Assembly (NCBI GenBank): GCA_051252135.1
Contig: JBPOGH010000015.1
Location: 60,848-124,847, forward strand
DNA: 64,000 nucleotides
DNA from: Verrucomicrobiaceae bacterium
GTDB taxonomy: Bacteria; Verrucomicrobiota; Verrucomicrobiia; Verrucomicrobiales; Akkermansiaceae
Direction of reading: 5' to 3'
The translations under genes were made by a program, and so were the position numbers. Each line of letters begins with the position of its first letter. Position 1 is the first letter of the stretch. This document shows, piece by piece, positions 47,831-59,200 of this stretch. The notes beneath the pieces were generated by a model. It made no database searches and had not been told where the DNA came from. It saw nothing but the letters and a program-made list of their open reading frames with translations.

Positions 47831-49273
47831 ATGCCAACCCCGCACCACTCCACTTCAGGGTTCGATGTTGAACGTTCAATGTTGGGCGTTCGCAGTCGCC
47901 GCTATTTCCTATCCGAATGCGGTATCGGCCTCGGAAAAATCGCCGCCGCCTCTCTCCTCACCAATAACCTCGGCGCCCGCTCGCTCGCTCCCCAACCTTC
48001 CCCTCTCAAGCCCAAGGCCAAAGCCGTCATCCACCTCTTCATGGCCGGAGCCCCCTCCCAACTCGAGCTCTTCGACCCCAAACCCCACCTCTCCAAACTC
48101 GAAGGCTCCCCGCTCCCCGCTTCCATCATCGGCGACCAACGCTACGCCTTCATCCAACCCGACGCCGCCGTCCTCGGTCCCCAATTCGAATTCAAAAAAT
48201 ACGGCGAATCCCAAGCCACCCTCGGCTCCCCCCTCGCCCCCCTCGGTGCCGTCGCCGATGACCTCTGCATCGTCAAGTCCTGCACCACCGACCAGTTCAA
48301 TCACGCCCCCGCCCAACTCTTCCTCAACTCCGGCTTCTCCCAACCCGGCCGCCCCTCCCTCGGCTCGTGGACCCTCTATGGCCTCGGCTCGGAAACCGAT
48401 AACCTCCCCGCTTTCGTCGTCATGTCCACCGGCGCAGGCCTCTCCGGCGGCTCCGCCCTCTGGTCCTCCGGCTTCCTCCCCACCACCTACACCGGCGTCC
48501 AATTCCGCAAAGGAAAAGACCCCATCCTCAACGTCTCCACCCCCGGGGGATTCTCGCCCCAACTCCAATCCGACACCTTCAATCTCGTCAACCAACTCAA
48601 CGCCGAACGCCTCGCCACCATCAACGACCGGGAGATCGCCACCCGCATGGCCTCCTACGAAATGGCCGCCCGCCTCCAATCTTCCGCTCCCGAACTCATG
48701 GACCTCAAGTCCGAGTCCGATGAAACCATCAACCTCTACGGCTGCGACCGCGACAAGCACTCCTTCGCCCGCGCCTGCCTCCTCGCCCGCCGCATGGTCC
48801 AGCGCGGCGTCCGCTTCATCAACATCTACCACTCCGGCTGGGACGCCCACTCCGATGTCAAAGGCTCCACCGAAAACAACTGCAACGCCACCGCTCAAGC
48901 CACCGCCGCTCTCATCCAGGATTTAAAACGCCATGGCCTCCTCGACGAAACCCTCGTCGTCTGGGGCGGCGAATTCGGCCGCACTCCCATGGTCGAAACC
49001 AACCCCGCCCTCGGCCGCAAAGCCGGTCGCGACCACCACCCCCAAGCCTTCACCACCCTCATGGCCGGCGGCGGCACCAAGCCCGGGACCTATGGCGAAA
49101 CCGACGACTTCGGCTTCCACATCACCAAAGACAAGGTCCACGTCCACGACCTCCAGGCCACCATCCTCCACCTCCTCGGCTTCGACCACGAACGCCTCAC
49201 TTACCACCACGCCGGCCGCGACTTCCGCCTCACCGATGTCCACGGCCACGTCGTCCACGACCTCCTCGCCTAA
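47831..49273 (+). CDS. DUF1501 family protein (Tat signal)
   Basis: SRRYFL Tat motif, AKAVIHLFMAGAPSQLELFDPKP, CLLARRMVQRGVRF, GWDAH, GEFGRTP, GRDHHP. Start uncertain (47831 or 47879). Confidence 0.9.
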   Translation: MPTPHHSTSGFDVERSMLGVRSRRYFLSECGIGLGKIAAASLLTNNLGARSLAPQPSPLKPKAKAVIHLFMAGAPSQLELFDPKPHLSKLEGSPLPASIIGDQRYAFIQPDAAVLGPQFEFKKYGESQATLGSPLAPLGAVADDLCIVKSCTTDQFNHAPAQLFLNSGFSQPGRPSLGSWTLYGLGSETDNLPAFVVMSTGAGLSGGSALWSSGFLPTTYTGVQFRKGKDPILNVSTPGGFSPQLQSDTFNLVNQLNAERLATINDREIATRMASYEMAARLQSSAPELMDLKSESDETINLYGCDRDKHSFARACLLARRMVQRGVRFINIYHSGWDAHSDVKGSTENNCNATAQATAALIQDLKRHGLLDETLVVWGGEFGRTPMVETNPALGRKAGRDHHPQAFTTLMAGGGTKPGTYGETDDFGFHITKDKVHVHDLQATILHLLGFDHERLTYHHAGRDFRLTDVHGHVVHDLLA

Positions 49274-49282
49274 GCACCTCCT

Positions 49283-50260
49283 TCACTCCTCCGCGCTCAA
49301 CTCGCCCCCGTAAAATTTCGTGTCTATCCAATAAAGATGCTTTAGGCCAACGACCTCAGCCACCCGACGTTCGGCATTCCACCGAAGATACAGCGTGTAG
49401 GGATAATATTTCGCCCCGCTCTTAAAAAGCTCTCCCAGCGCCGCGGAAACCTCACCTTCCGGATCCACATACACAATCCGCCGACTCCGGTCATCCCTCT
49501 CGGCAAGAAGGACAAAATCCAGCGGCGTCCCCTCATCATCTTCGGAATCACGGGGACTCAATAGCACCCGCATCAAGACCCCTTCCTCTGGCTTCTTCTC
49601 CTGAAACTCGCCCCAAGTCATCTCCCCGTAGCAGACCGATGACTCCCAATCGATCAACATCCGTTCACCGGATGACATCAGATTAAAGACATGCGTCTCT
49701 CCCTGATCATCCAGAGCATTGAGATAAATAAAAGGAACCCCCTCTACAGATTCCATTCTCTCAAAGCTCACCTCAACAAACCTGCCACGCTCCTGCCGCT
49801 CCTCCGCACCGGCATAAAATTTCTCCATCATCTCCAAATGACGCTCTCCCCCGTGGATGAACTGGCAGCGCTCCTCCAGCGTCTCGGCATTCAGGAAACC
49901 CTCCACCGCAAGCCGCACCGAAGCACTCATCTCCTCCGGGCTGAGCTTCTCCATCAGCGCGATCGCGGAGTCCTCAGCTTCAGGTTCGTAATTTCCACCC
50001 ACCTTTTGATTCCCCTGATCCACCACGAGAAAATAGCCCATGATCCCCATCAGCAGAAGCACGCACACACTCCCTAAACCCACCATCAAACGACGACTCC
50101 AACTTCTCGCCCCTTCCTCTTCTCCTGCTTCCTCCCACCTCTTTTCCGGATGCTCTTTCTTAGCCCTTCTCTTCCTCCTTTTTGCACCCCCTTTCCTGGA
50201 ACGAGGAAGAGCAGCGCCTCCACGGCGATATTTTGGATCCTGCTCTGACACGCACTTCAC
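49283..50260 (-). CDS. Hypothetical single-pass membrane protein
   Basis: Basic N-terminus, TM helix, periplasmic domain with IDWES..Y..M.W..F. Confidence 0.72.
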   Translation of the reverse strand: MKCVSEQDPKYRRGGAALPRSRKGGAKRRKRRAKKEHPEKRWEEAGEEEGARSWSRRLMVGLGSVCVLLLMGIMGYFLVVDQGNQKVGGNYEPEAEDSAIALMEKLSPEEMSASVRLAVEGFLNAETLEERCQFIHGGERHLEMMEKFYAGAEERQERGRFVEVSFERMESVEGVPFIYLNALDDQGETHVFNLMSSGERMLIDWESSVCYGEMTWGEFQEKKPEEGVLMRVLLSPRDSEDDEGTPLDFVLLAERDDRSRRIVYVDPEGEVSAALGELFKSGAKYYPYTLYLRWNAERRVAEVVGLKHLYWIDTKFYGGELSAEE

Positions 50261-50543
50261 CTAATCAATTCCCCGGATCTAACAAAGAGCAAAACCATTT
50301 TCTTCCCTCGAGCCTCAATCAGGCTTGCATCACAGTTACTTTCTCCCGGAAACGAAAAAACTCCCTCAACACAGGATGCCGGGAGTGCTCCGATACCATG
50401 ATTCCCATCTTTATCCACGCCATGAAGGCTCGGGTCGAACACCAGGATGGCGCACAATAAAACCGCATACACCGGCGTAGCTTTTTTCGGTCCTCTCTTC
50501 TGGCAAAAACCACATCAACCAAACCTCCACCCCTGGAAATCAA

Positions 50544-51794
50544 TCATTCTCCGGTCCTTGAATCACCTCGCGCCTTCCGTGCCGCCGCCTCCCGCAACTT
50601 GTCCTTCTTACTCTTCCGCTTCCCCTTCACCCCGCCGGTCCCCGGCGCTTCCGGAATCGGGTCCGTCGGCTCAAATTCCTCGATCACCTCACGCGGCATC
50701 GACAACCCGTTCCGCTTCTCGATCAAATCAAAATGCGCCACCGACTCCGCCGTCACAAAGCTGATTGCCTCCCCCTTCTTCCCCGCCCGCCCGGTCCGAC
50801 CAATCCGATGAATGTAATCCGCGGGCGATCTCGGAAGCTCGTAGTTGAGCACCACCTGCAACCCCTCGATATCCAACCCGCGCGCCGCCAGATCGGTCGC
50901 CACCATCACCCGAATCGTTCCCTCTTTAAAGAAGCCCAGCACTTCACTCCGGGCCCCCTGGCTCAGGTCCCCATGCAGGGCCATCGCATCAATCCCCTTT
51001 CTGCTCAACTTCTCCGCCACCAATTCGGCGGTGTACTTTTTCCCCACGAACACGAGCACACTCTCCCAGTCGTTTTCTTCTAACAAATGCCTCAGCAAGG
51101 GCGTCCGCTTCACCGTATCCACCCGAATCGCACGCTGCTCAATGTCCGGTGCATCCTCCGGTTCATGATCCACCTCGATCCGCCGGGGCTCCTTCAAAAT
51201 CTCTCCCGCCATCGACTCCACCGCCTTCGGAAAGGTCGCTGAAAATAACAAATTCTGCCGCTCCTTCGGCAACAATTCCAGAATCCGCGCCAACTCATCC
51301 GCGAACCCCAAATCCAGCATCCGGTCCGCCTCATCCAGCACCAGGGTCTTCACCGCATCAATCTTGAGCGCATTCTTCTCCACCAAATCCAACAACCGCC
51401 CCGGAGTCGCCACAATAAAATCCGCCCCCCCGCGCAACGCCATCATCTGCGGATTGATCGACACCCCTCCCACCGCACTCACCACCTTCACCCGCTCCGG
51501 GAGACACTTCGCGTAATCTTGCACCACCTCCCTGACCTGCGCCGCCAGCTCCCGTGTCGGCACCAGGATCAACGCAAACACCTTCTTCGGCTTTGTCCCA
51601 GAGGTCTTCATCCACCGTTCCAGCAACGGCAGCACAAAGGCCGTCGTCTTCCCCGACCCCGTCTTCGCCGTTGCCAAAAGATCACCTCCTCCCAGCACTT
51701 CCGGGATCGCCGCCACCTGCACCGCCGTCGGCTCATCAAATTGCTCAAGTGCCGGATCAAACAGCGGTGACAATCCAAGGGCAGAGAAGGGCAT
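50544..51794 (-). CDS. DEAD-box RNA helicase (RhlE-like)
   Basis: Q motif, AKTGSGKT, PTRELA, DEAD, SAT, ARGLD, HRIGRTGR. Start placed at MPFSAL. Confidence 0.94.
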   Translation of the reverse strand: MPFSALGLSPLFDPALEQFDEPTAVQVAAIPEVLGGGDLLATAKTGSGKTTAFVLPLLERWMKTSGTKPKKVFALILVPTRELAAQVREVVQDYAKCLPERVKVVSAVGGVSINPQMMALRGGADFIVATPGRLLDLVEKNALKIDAVKTLVLDEADRMLDLGFADELARILELLPKERQNLLFSATFPKAVESMAGEILKEPRRIEVDHEPEDAPDIEQRAIRVDTVKRTPLLRHLLEENDWESVLVFVGKKYTAELVAEKLSRKGIDAMALHGDLSQGARSEVLGFFKEGTIRVMVATDLAARGLDIEGLQVVLNYELPRSPADYIHRIGRTGRAGKKGEAISFVTAESVAHFDLIEKRNGLSMPREVIEEFEPTDPIPEAPGTGGVKGKRKSKKDKLREAAARKARGDSRTGE

Positions 51795-51934
51795 TCCTGC
51801 TTCTAGAAGCCCCAACTCACTCCGACAACTCCCATCCCATGAAAAGGTCACGATCTCCCGGCCGTATCAGGTCTAACTAAACTTGGCATCTCACCCATTT
51901 GGGATAAACCCCCTAATAGAATCCATTCTTATCC

Positions 51935-54322
51935 ATGCTCTTCCGCATTTCCATTGCCATTCTGGTGTCGCCCTTCGTCACAAAGGCTGAAATCTCCTTC
52001 AATCAGGACATCCGCCCCATCCTCTCCGCCAAGTGCATCGCCTGCCATGGCCCGGACGATGGCGTCGACGCCAAGGGCAAACCCAACCGCAAGGCCGGAC
52101 TCCGCCTCGACACCCCCGAGGGTGCCTACGCCATCAAGGACGGCATCCAGGCCATCGCCCCCAACTCCCTCACCGACTCCCAGGCCTGGCAACGCATCAT
52201 CGATCAGGACGACCCCATGCCACCCGATGACGGCCACTCCAAACCCCTCACCTCCGATGAAAAAAACCTCATCAAAGGATGGATCGAACAAGGCGCCCAA
52301 TACGAAAAATTCTGGGCCTTCGTCCCCGCCAAAAAACAAGATCCCCCGTCCATCAAGGACACCTCCTGGCCCCTAAACGACATCGACAAATTCATCCTCG
52401 CCAAACTCGAAGACAAAAAAAAATCACCCAAGTCCCCGGCCGACAAGCGCACCCTCATCCGCCGCCTCTCCCTCGACCTCACCGGCCTCCCGCCCACTCC
52501 CGACGATATCAAAACCTACCTCGACGACTCGTCCCCCGAGGCCTACGCCAACCTCGTCAACCGCCTCATCGCCACCCCCGCCTACGGCGAACACATGGCC
52601 AAATACTGGCTCGACCTCGTCCGCGTCGCCGACACCAATGGCAACCACCACGACCACTTCCGCGACCACTCACCCTACCGCGACTGGGTCATTCAAGCCT
52701 TCAATCAAAACCTCCCCTACGATCAATTCACCAAATTCCAGATCGCCGGCGACCTCTACCCCGAACCCACCCGGGAGCAACTCATCGCCTCCGGCTTCAA
52801 CCGCCTCCACCTCATCATCGATGTCGGCACCGCCCTCCCCGAGGAATCCCACTTCAAAAATGTCGTCGATCGCGTCTCCGCCGTCGGCACCGCCTTCATG
52901 GGCCTCACCCTCCAATGCGCCGTCTGCCACGACCACAAATACGACCCCATCACCCAGAAGGACTTCTTCCAAATGTATGCCTTCTTCAACAACTTCGACG
53001 GCACCCCCGAAACCGGCGGTCGCAGCGGCCCCGACTTCTACCGCGGCCTCCAAAAACCCTACCTCGACCTCCCCACCGACGAACAAAAAGCCCACCTTGC
53101 CACCCTGGACCAACAAATTAAATCTCTCCAAAACCAACTCACTGAATTTAAGAAACCAACCCTAAAATTCCCCCCTCGGGAAAACCAACCCGGGCTCCTC
53201 GGAAAGCAGGAACCCGCTGTCGATCTCAAACCCCATATCGCGAAACTCGAGAAACAAATCGCAGCCCTCCAAAAACAACGCACCTCCTACCTCCACAACG
53301 TCCGTGGAGCCATGATCATGCGCGAGCGAAAGGACATCAACCCCGCCCACATCCGCGTCCGCGGGGACTACGCCCAACTCGGAGAAGTCGTCACCCGCAA
53401 CACTCCCCACTTCCTCCCCCCTCTTGAAAAATCGGGTGACGTCGCCTCCCGCATGGACCTCGCCAACTGGCTCGTCAAAAAAGAAAACCCCCTCACCGCC
53501 CGCGTCGCCGTCAACCGCTTCTGGCAACAACTCTTCGGCACTGGGCTCGTTAAAACCTCCGAGGACTTCGGCAACCAGGGCATGTGGCCCAGTCATCCCA
53601 AACTCCTCGACCACCTCACCCTCAAGTTCATCGAATCCGGCTGGGACGTCAAAGCCCTCATGAAGGACATCGTCCTCACCCAAACCTACCAACAATCCTC
53701 CTCCGGCAGTTCGGTCGATTTCGAGACCGACCCCGAAAACCGCCTCCTCGCCCGCGGCTCCCGCACCCGCCTCGATTCCGAGGTCATCCGCGACCAACTC
53801 CTCCACGTCACCGGCGTCCTCAACACCGAAATGGGCGGCCGCTCCGTCAAAACCCCGCAGCCCGACGGACTCTGGAAAGGCGTCGCCCTCCCCTCCTCCT
53901 ACCCCAACAAATTCCAGGCCGATCCCGCCCCCGCCGACACCCGCCGCTCCATCTACTCCTTCTGGAAACGCGGCCTCGCCCCACCCCAAATGACCATCTT
54001 CGACGCCCCCTCCCGCGACGCCTGCATCGCCCGCCGCGAGCGCACCAACACCCCCCTCCAGGCCCTCCTCCTCATGAACGAGCCCGAGTATTTCAAAGCC
54101 GCCCAACACAAGGCCACAACCATCATCGACCAACCCGGCAGCGACGACGAAAAACTCACCCGCCTCCACGAAACCATCACCGCCCACGAGCCCACCCCCT
54201 CCACCCTCAAACTCCTCAAAGAAGCCCTAACAACCTTCCGCCAACAAAAAGACGACCACTTTGCCTGGACCATGATCGTCCACACCCTCCTCAACCAAGA
54301 CACCTTCAAAACCAACCAATAA
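51935..54322 (+). CDS. PSD1/planctomycete cytochrome c protein (PSCyt1-DUF1549-DUF1553)
   Basis: IRPILSAKCIACHGPD, CAVCHDHKYDP, NPLTARVAVNR, RLDSEVIRD, NTPLQAL. Confidence 0.92.
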   Translation: MLFRISIAILVSPFVTKAEISFNQDIRPILSAKCIACHGPDDGVDAKGKPNRKAGLRLDTPEGAYAIKDGIQAIAPNSLTDSQAWQRIIDQDDPMPPDDGHSKPLTSDEKNLIKGWIEQGAQYEKFWAFVPAKKQDPPSIKDTSWPLNDIDKFILAKLEDKKKSPKSPADKRTLIRRLSLDLTGLPPTPDDIKTYLDDSSPEAYANLVNRLIATPAYGEHMAKYWLDLVRVADTNGNHHDHFRDHSPYRDWVIQAFNQNLPYDQFTKFQIAGDLYPEPTREQLIASGFNRLHLIIDVGTALPEESHFKNVVDRVSAVGTAFMGLTLQCAVCHDHKYDPITQKDFFQMYAFFNNFDGTPETGGRSGPDFYRGLQKPYLDLPTDEQKAHLATLDQQIKSLQNQLTEFKKPTLKFPPRENQPGLLGKQEPAVDLKPHIAKLEKQIAALQKQRTSYLHNVRGAMIMRERKDINPAHIRVRGDYAQLGEVVTRNTPHFLPPLEKSGDVASRMDLANWLVKKENPLTARVAVNRFWQQLFGTGLVKTSEDFGNQGMWPSHPKLLDHLTLKFIESGWDVKALMKDIVLTQTYQQSSSGSSVDFETDPENRLLARGSRTRLDSEVIRDQLLHVTGVLNTEMGGRSVKTPQPDGLWKGVALPSSYPNKFQADPAPADTRRSIYSFWKRGLAPPQMTIFDAPSRDACIARRERTNTPLQALLLMNEPEYFKAAQHKATTIIDQPGSDDEKLTRLHETITAHEPTPSTLKLLKEALTTFRQQKDDHFAWTMIVHTLLNQDTFKTNQ

Positions 54323-54360
54323 AGGAGTCGCCGCGCCCCCCCTCATCCAAGCCCCAGTTC

Positions 54361-54530
54361 GTAGTGTAGGCTTCAGCCGAACTTCAAAACCCAAGCCCCC
54401 CAACCAAGCCCCCCAACCAAGCCCCCCAACCCAAGATTAGCCCCATTCGCAAGATTCGCGTTCTCTCCCCCCCAACCAAGCCAAAAGCCAACCGCCAACC
54501 GCCAACCGCCAACCGCCAACCGCCAACCGC
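54361..54530 (+). repeat. Composite intergenic repeat: REP-like hairpin, (CCAAGCCCCCCAA)x3, (GCCAACC)x6
   Basis: 13-mer x3 at 54391-54429; 7-mer x6 at 54487-54528; GTAGTGTAGGCTTCAGCC at 54361. Confidence 0.9.
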
Positions 54531-54567
54531 TCAAACTCCCGAGCACCCACCAACCCTCTCCCCTCCC

Positions 54568-56004
<1,437 letters not shown>

Positions 56005-56007
56005 TAA

Positions 56008-56031
56008 GGAGAGCGGGCATTCCTGCCCGCT
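56008..56031 (+). repeat. REP-like palindrome or possible terminator after DUF1501
   Basis: GGAG followed by AGCGGGCA-TTCC-TGCCCGCT. Confidence 0.55.
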
Positions 56032-56226
56032 TCGCGTCCCATGCCCCCCAACCCCGAAAGGAACCTCAAAACCCACGGGCCCTTGAGGGAATCCTATCGG
56101 AAAAAAGAACCCCCAAAGCCTCCCCTAAAATAGAGAAGCCCGGTTTCGTTACATTTTCCCTAAAACTGGTATTACTTTGGACCATTGGCACCTTCCCTCC
56201 CTGCCATTGACCAACGATTCCACAAA

Positions 56227-59200
56227 ATGATGTTTTTGCGCTCTCTCTTCCTCATCTTGCTCGGCTCCCTCAGTCTTCCCGCGGCTCCCCTCATCACCGA
56301 GTTCATGGCCAGCAATGACGCCACCTTGAATGACGAGGACGGCGATTCCTCCGATTGGATCGAAATCTACAACCCCGGCCCCGCTTCCGTGGATCTGACC
56401 GGCTACCACCTTTCCAACTCCCCCGGCTTCCCCACTCTCTGGGCCTTTCCCGCCATCACCCTTCCCTCCGATACCTACCTCATCGTCTTTGCTTCCGCCA
56501 AAGACCGGGCCATCGCGGGGAGTGAACTCCACACCAACTTCAAGCTCTCCGCCTCCGGTGGCCACCTCTCCCTCTCCGATGACACCGGAACCCTCCTCTC
56601 CTCTTTCAATTTCCCGGCCCAGGATCAGGACGTCTCCTACGGCGAATCCCAGGCGCTCATCGAAAGCCAACTCACCGGAACTTCCGTCCCTCAAATCCTC
56701 ATCCCCGGGTCCGCCGGCCAACTCCCCTCGAATTGGAACTCTCTCTCCTACACCCCGGGTGCCTCCTGGATCACCGGCACCGCTCCCACCTCGGTCGGAT
56801 ACGACACCAGCGGCACTTCCGGCCCGGGAACTGGAGGAGCCACCGCCCAAAACCTCGCTCCCGGCGGCACCGCCACCCAATCCTCCACCCTCAGCGGCTA
56901 CCCCGCCGAACTCGCAATCGACGGACTCACCAACAACTTCACCCACACCACCAGTGGTGACCCCGACCCCACCTGGACCCTCGACCTCGGCTCCCGCGCC
57001 CTTCTCTCGGAGGTCACCCTCAATAACCGAAACGGCTGCTGCCCCCAACGCCTCCGCGACATCACCGTCCAGGTCCTCGATGCCGATGGCGTCACCGTCG
57101 TCTACCAATCGGAACTCCTCAATCCCAACAACGAGGACAATGGCCCCGGCCTTATCAACATCGACTTCATCGGAGCCACCGGAAGCGAGATCATCGGTCA
57201 AATCATCAGGGTGAAACGCACCCCCGATCCCAATTCCTCCGGAAACGACGCCGCCACCATTTCCCTCAGCGAGGTCCAGGTCATGGGCATCCCCTCCTTC
57301 GGCTTCGACTCCCTGATCGAAGATGATATCGAAACCGAAGCCCACAACACTAACGCCTCCGCCTTCGTCCGCATTCCCTTCGATGTCACCGACACCTCGG
57401 TCTTCGCCGCTCTCGATCTCCAAATGCGCTATGATGCCGGCTTCGTCGCTTACCTGAATGGCACCGAAGTCGCCCGCCAAAACGCCCCCGCTTCTCCCGC
57501 TTGGAATAGCGCCGCCACCACCGAGCGCGATAATCTCGAGGTCCTCGAATTCGAAACAATCAACCTCAATTCCGACCTCGGCCTCCTCACCAACGGCACC
57601 AACGTCCTCGCCATCCACATGCTCAACTCCGCCGCAGGTGATCAGGACTTCCTCATCACCCCGCGCCTCATCGCCGGACAATCCAACACCAACGGCGCCG
57701 GCTTCCTCGCCACCCCCACCCCCGGCTCCGAAAACCTCTCCGCCTGGTATCTCGATAAGGTCGCCGACACCAGCTTCGACATCAACCGCGGCTACTACGA
57801 CTCCCCCTTCTCTCTCAACATCACCACCCTCACCCCCGGTGCTTCCATCCGCTACACCACCGACGGCACCCCTCCCAGCGAAACCGAGGGCATCCTCTAC
57901 ACCGGCCCCATCTCCATCACGGAAACCACCGTCATCCGCGCCATCGCCTATCGCAATGCCTACCGCTCGACCGATATCGACTCCCACACCTATCTCTTCC
58001 GTGACGACATCATCGCCTCATCCGTTATGGACACCGCCATCACCCAAAATGGCACCTACGCCCCCCAAATGCGCGACGCCCTCACCGATCTCCCCGCCAT
58101 CTCACTCTCCTTCACCGGTGGCATTGATCGCACCGAAAAAGCCGCCTCCGTCGAACTCATCGGATTCGAAAATGGCGACCTCCAGGTCGATGCCGGCATG
58201 GAGCGCTTCGGCAACTACGTCACCAACTTCGACAAACGAAACATCCGCCTCAATTTCCGCAGCCTCTACGGCCCCAAAAATCTCAACTACCCCCTCTTCC
58301 AGGGCCACGAGCACAACCTCTGCGCCGTCGACTCCTTCGACTCCCTCGACCTCCGCACCGGTTCACACGACATGGTCTCACGCGGCTTCTACATGTCCAA
58401 CCGCTTCATGGACGACACCCATCTCGACATGGGACACCTCAACCCCCACGGCCGCTTCACCCACATCTACGTCAACGGCACCTACCAGGGAATGTATCAC
58501 CTCCGCGAACGCTGGAATGCCGACATGCACGCCAACTACCTCGGGGGTAAGGAAACCGATTACGAAGCCGTCGCCTCCAACCGCGGCGGCGGAGGCTTCT
58601 CGGCCGCCACTCCATACGATGGCGACGGCTCCGCTTGGGCCAATGTCATCTCGCTCAGAAGCGACTACGCCAACCTCAAAAACTACCTCAACGTCCCCCA
58701 GTTCATCGACTTCATGCTCCTCCTCAATTGCGGAAACTGCGAGGCCGAACACCGCGCCGTCGGCCCCGTCGGAATCGGAAGCGGATACACCTTCTACCAT
58801 AACGATGGCGATGGCTTCACCCGCAACCCGCCCGACCGCACCGGGCACGCCGGACCCGAAAGCCTTTGGGAAGACCTCCTCGCCGAAGGACACCCCGACT
58901 TCAAAATCCTCCTCGCCGACCGCATCGAAAAACACTTCCGCAACGGCGGCGCCATGACCCCCGAAAAGGCCATCCCCCGCCTCACCGAACGCACCGACCA
59001 AATCGCGCGCGCCTTCTTCGCCGAGTCCGCCCGCTGGGGATACCGCACCCCCGATTCCTGGGCCTCCGCCCGGGACTCCTACATCAACAACACCCTCAGC
59101 ACTCTCGATAACACGGTCTACAGCCGCTTCGACTCCGCCGGCTACCTTCCCTCAGCCTCCGCCCCCGCCTTTTCGCAACACGGCGGATCCGTCACTTCCG

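Noticed and set aside
50257..50543. Small minus-strand ORFs between the helicase and the hypothetical membrane protein
   Set aside because: Two overlapping short ORFs with no motif and no clear start context; coding status cannot be supported.
54361..54530. Possible CRISPR array
   Set aside because: Units are 7 and 13 nt and directly tandem with no unique spacers; no cas genes in the window.
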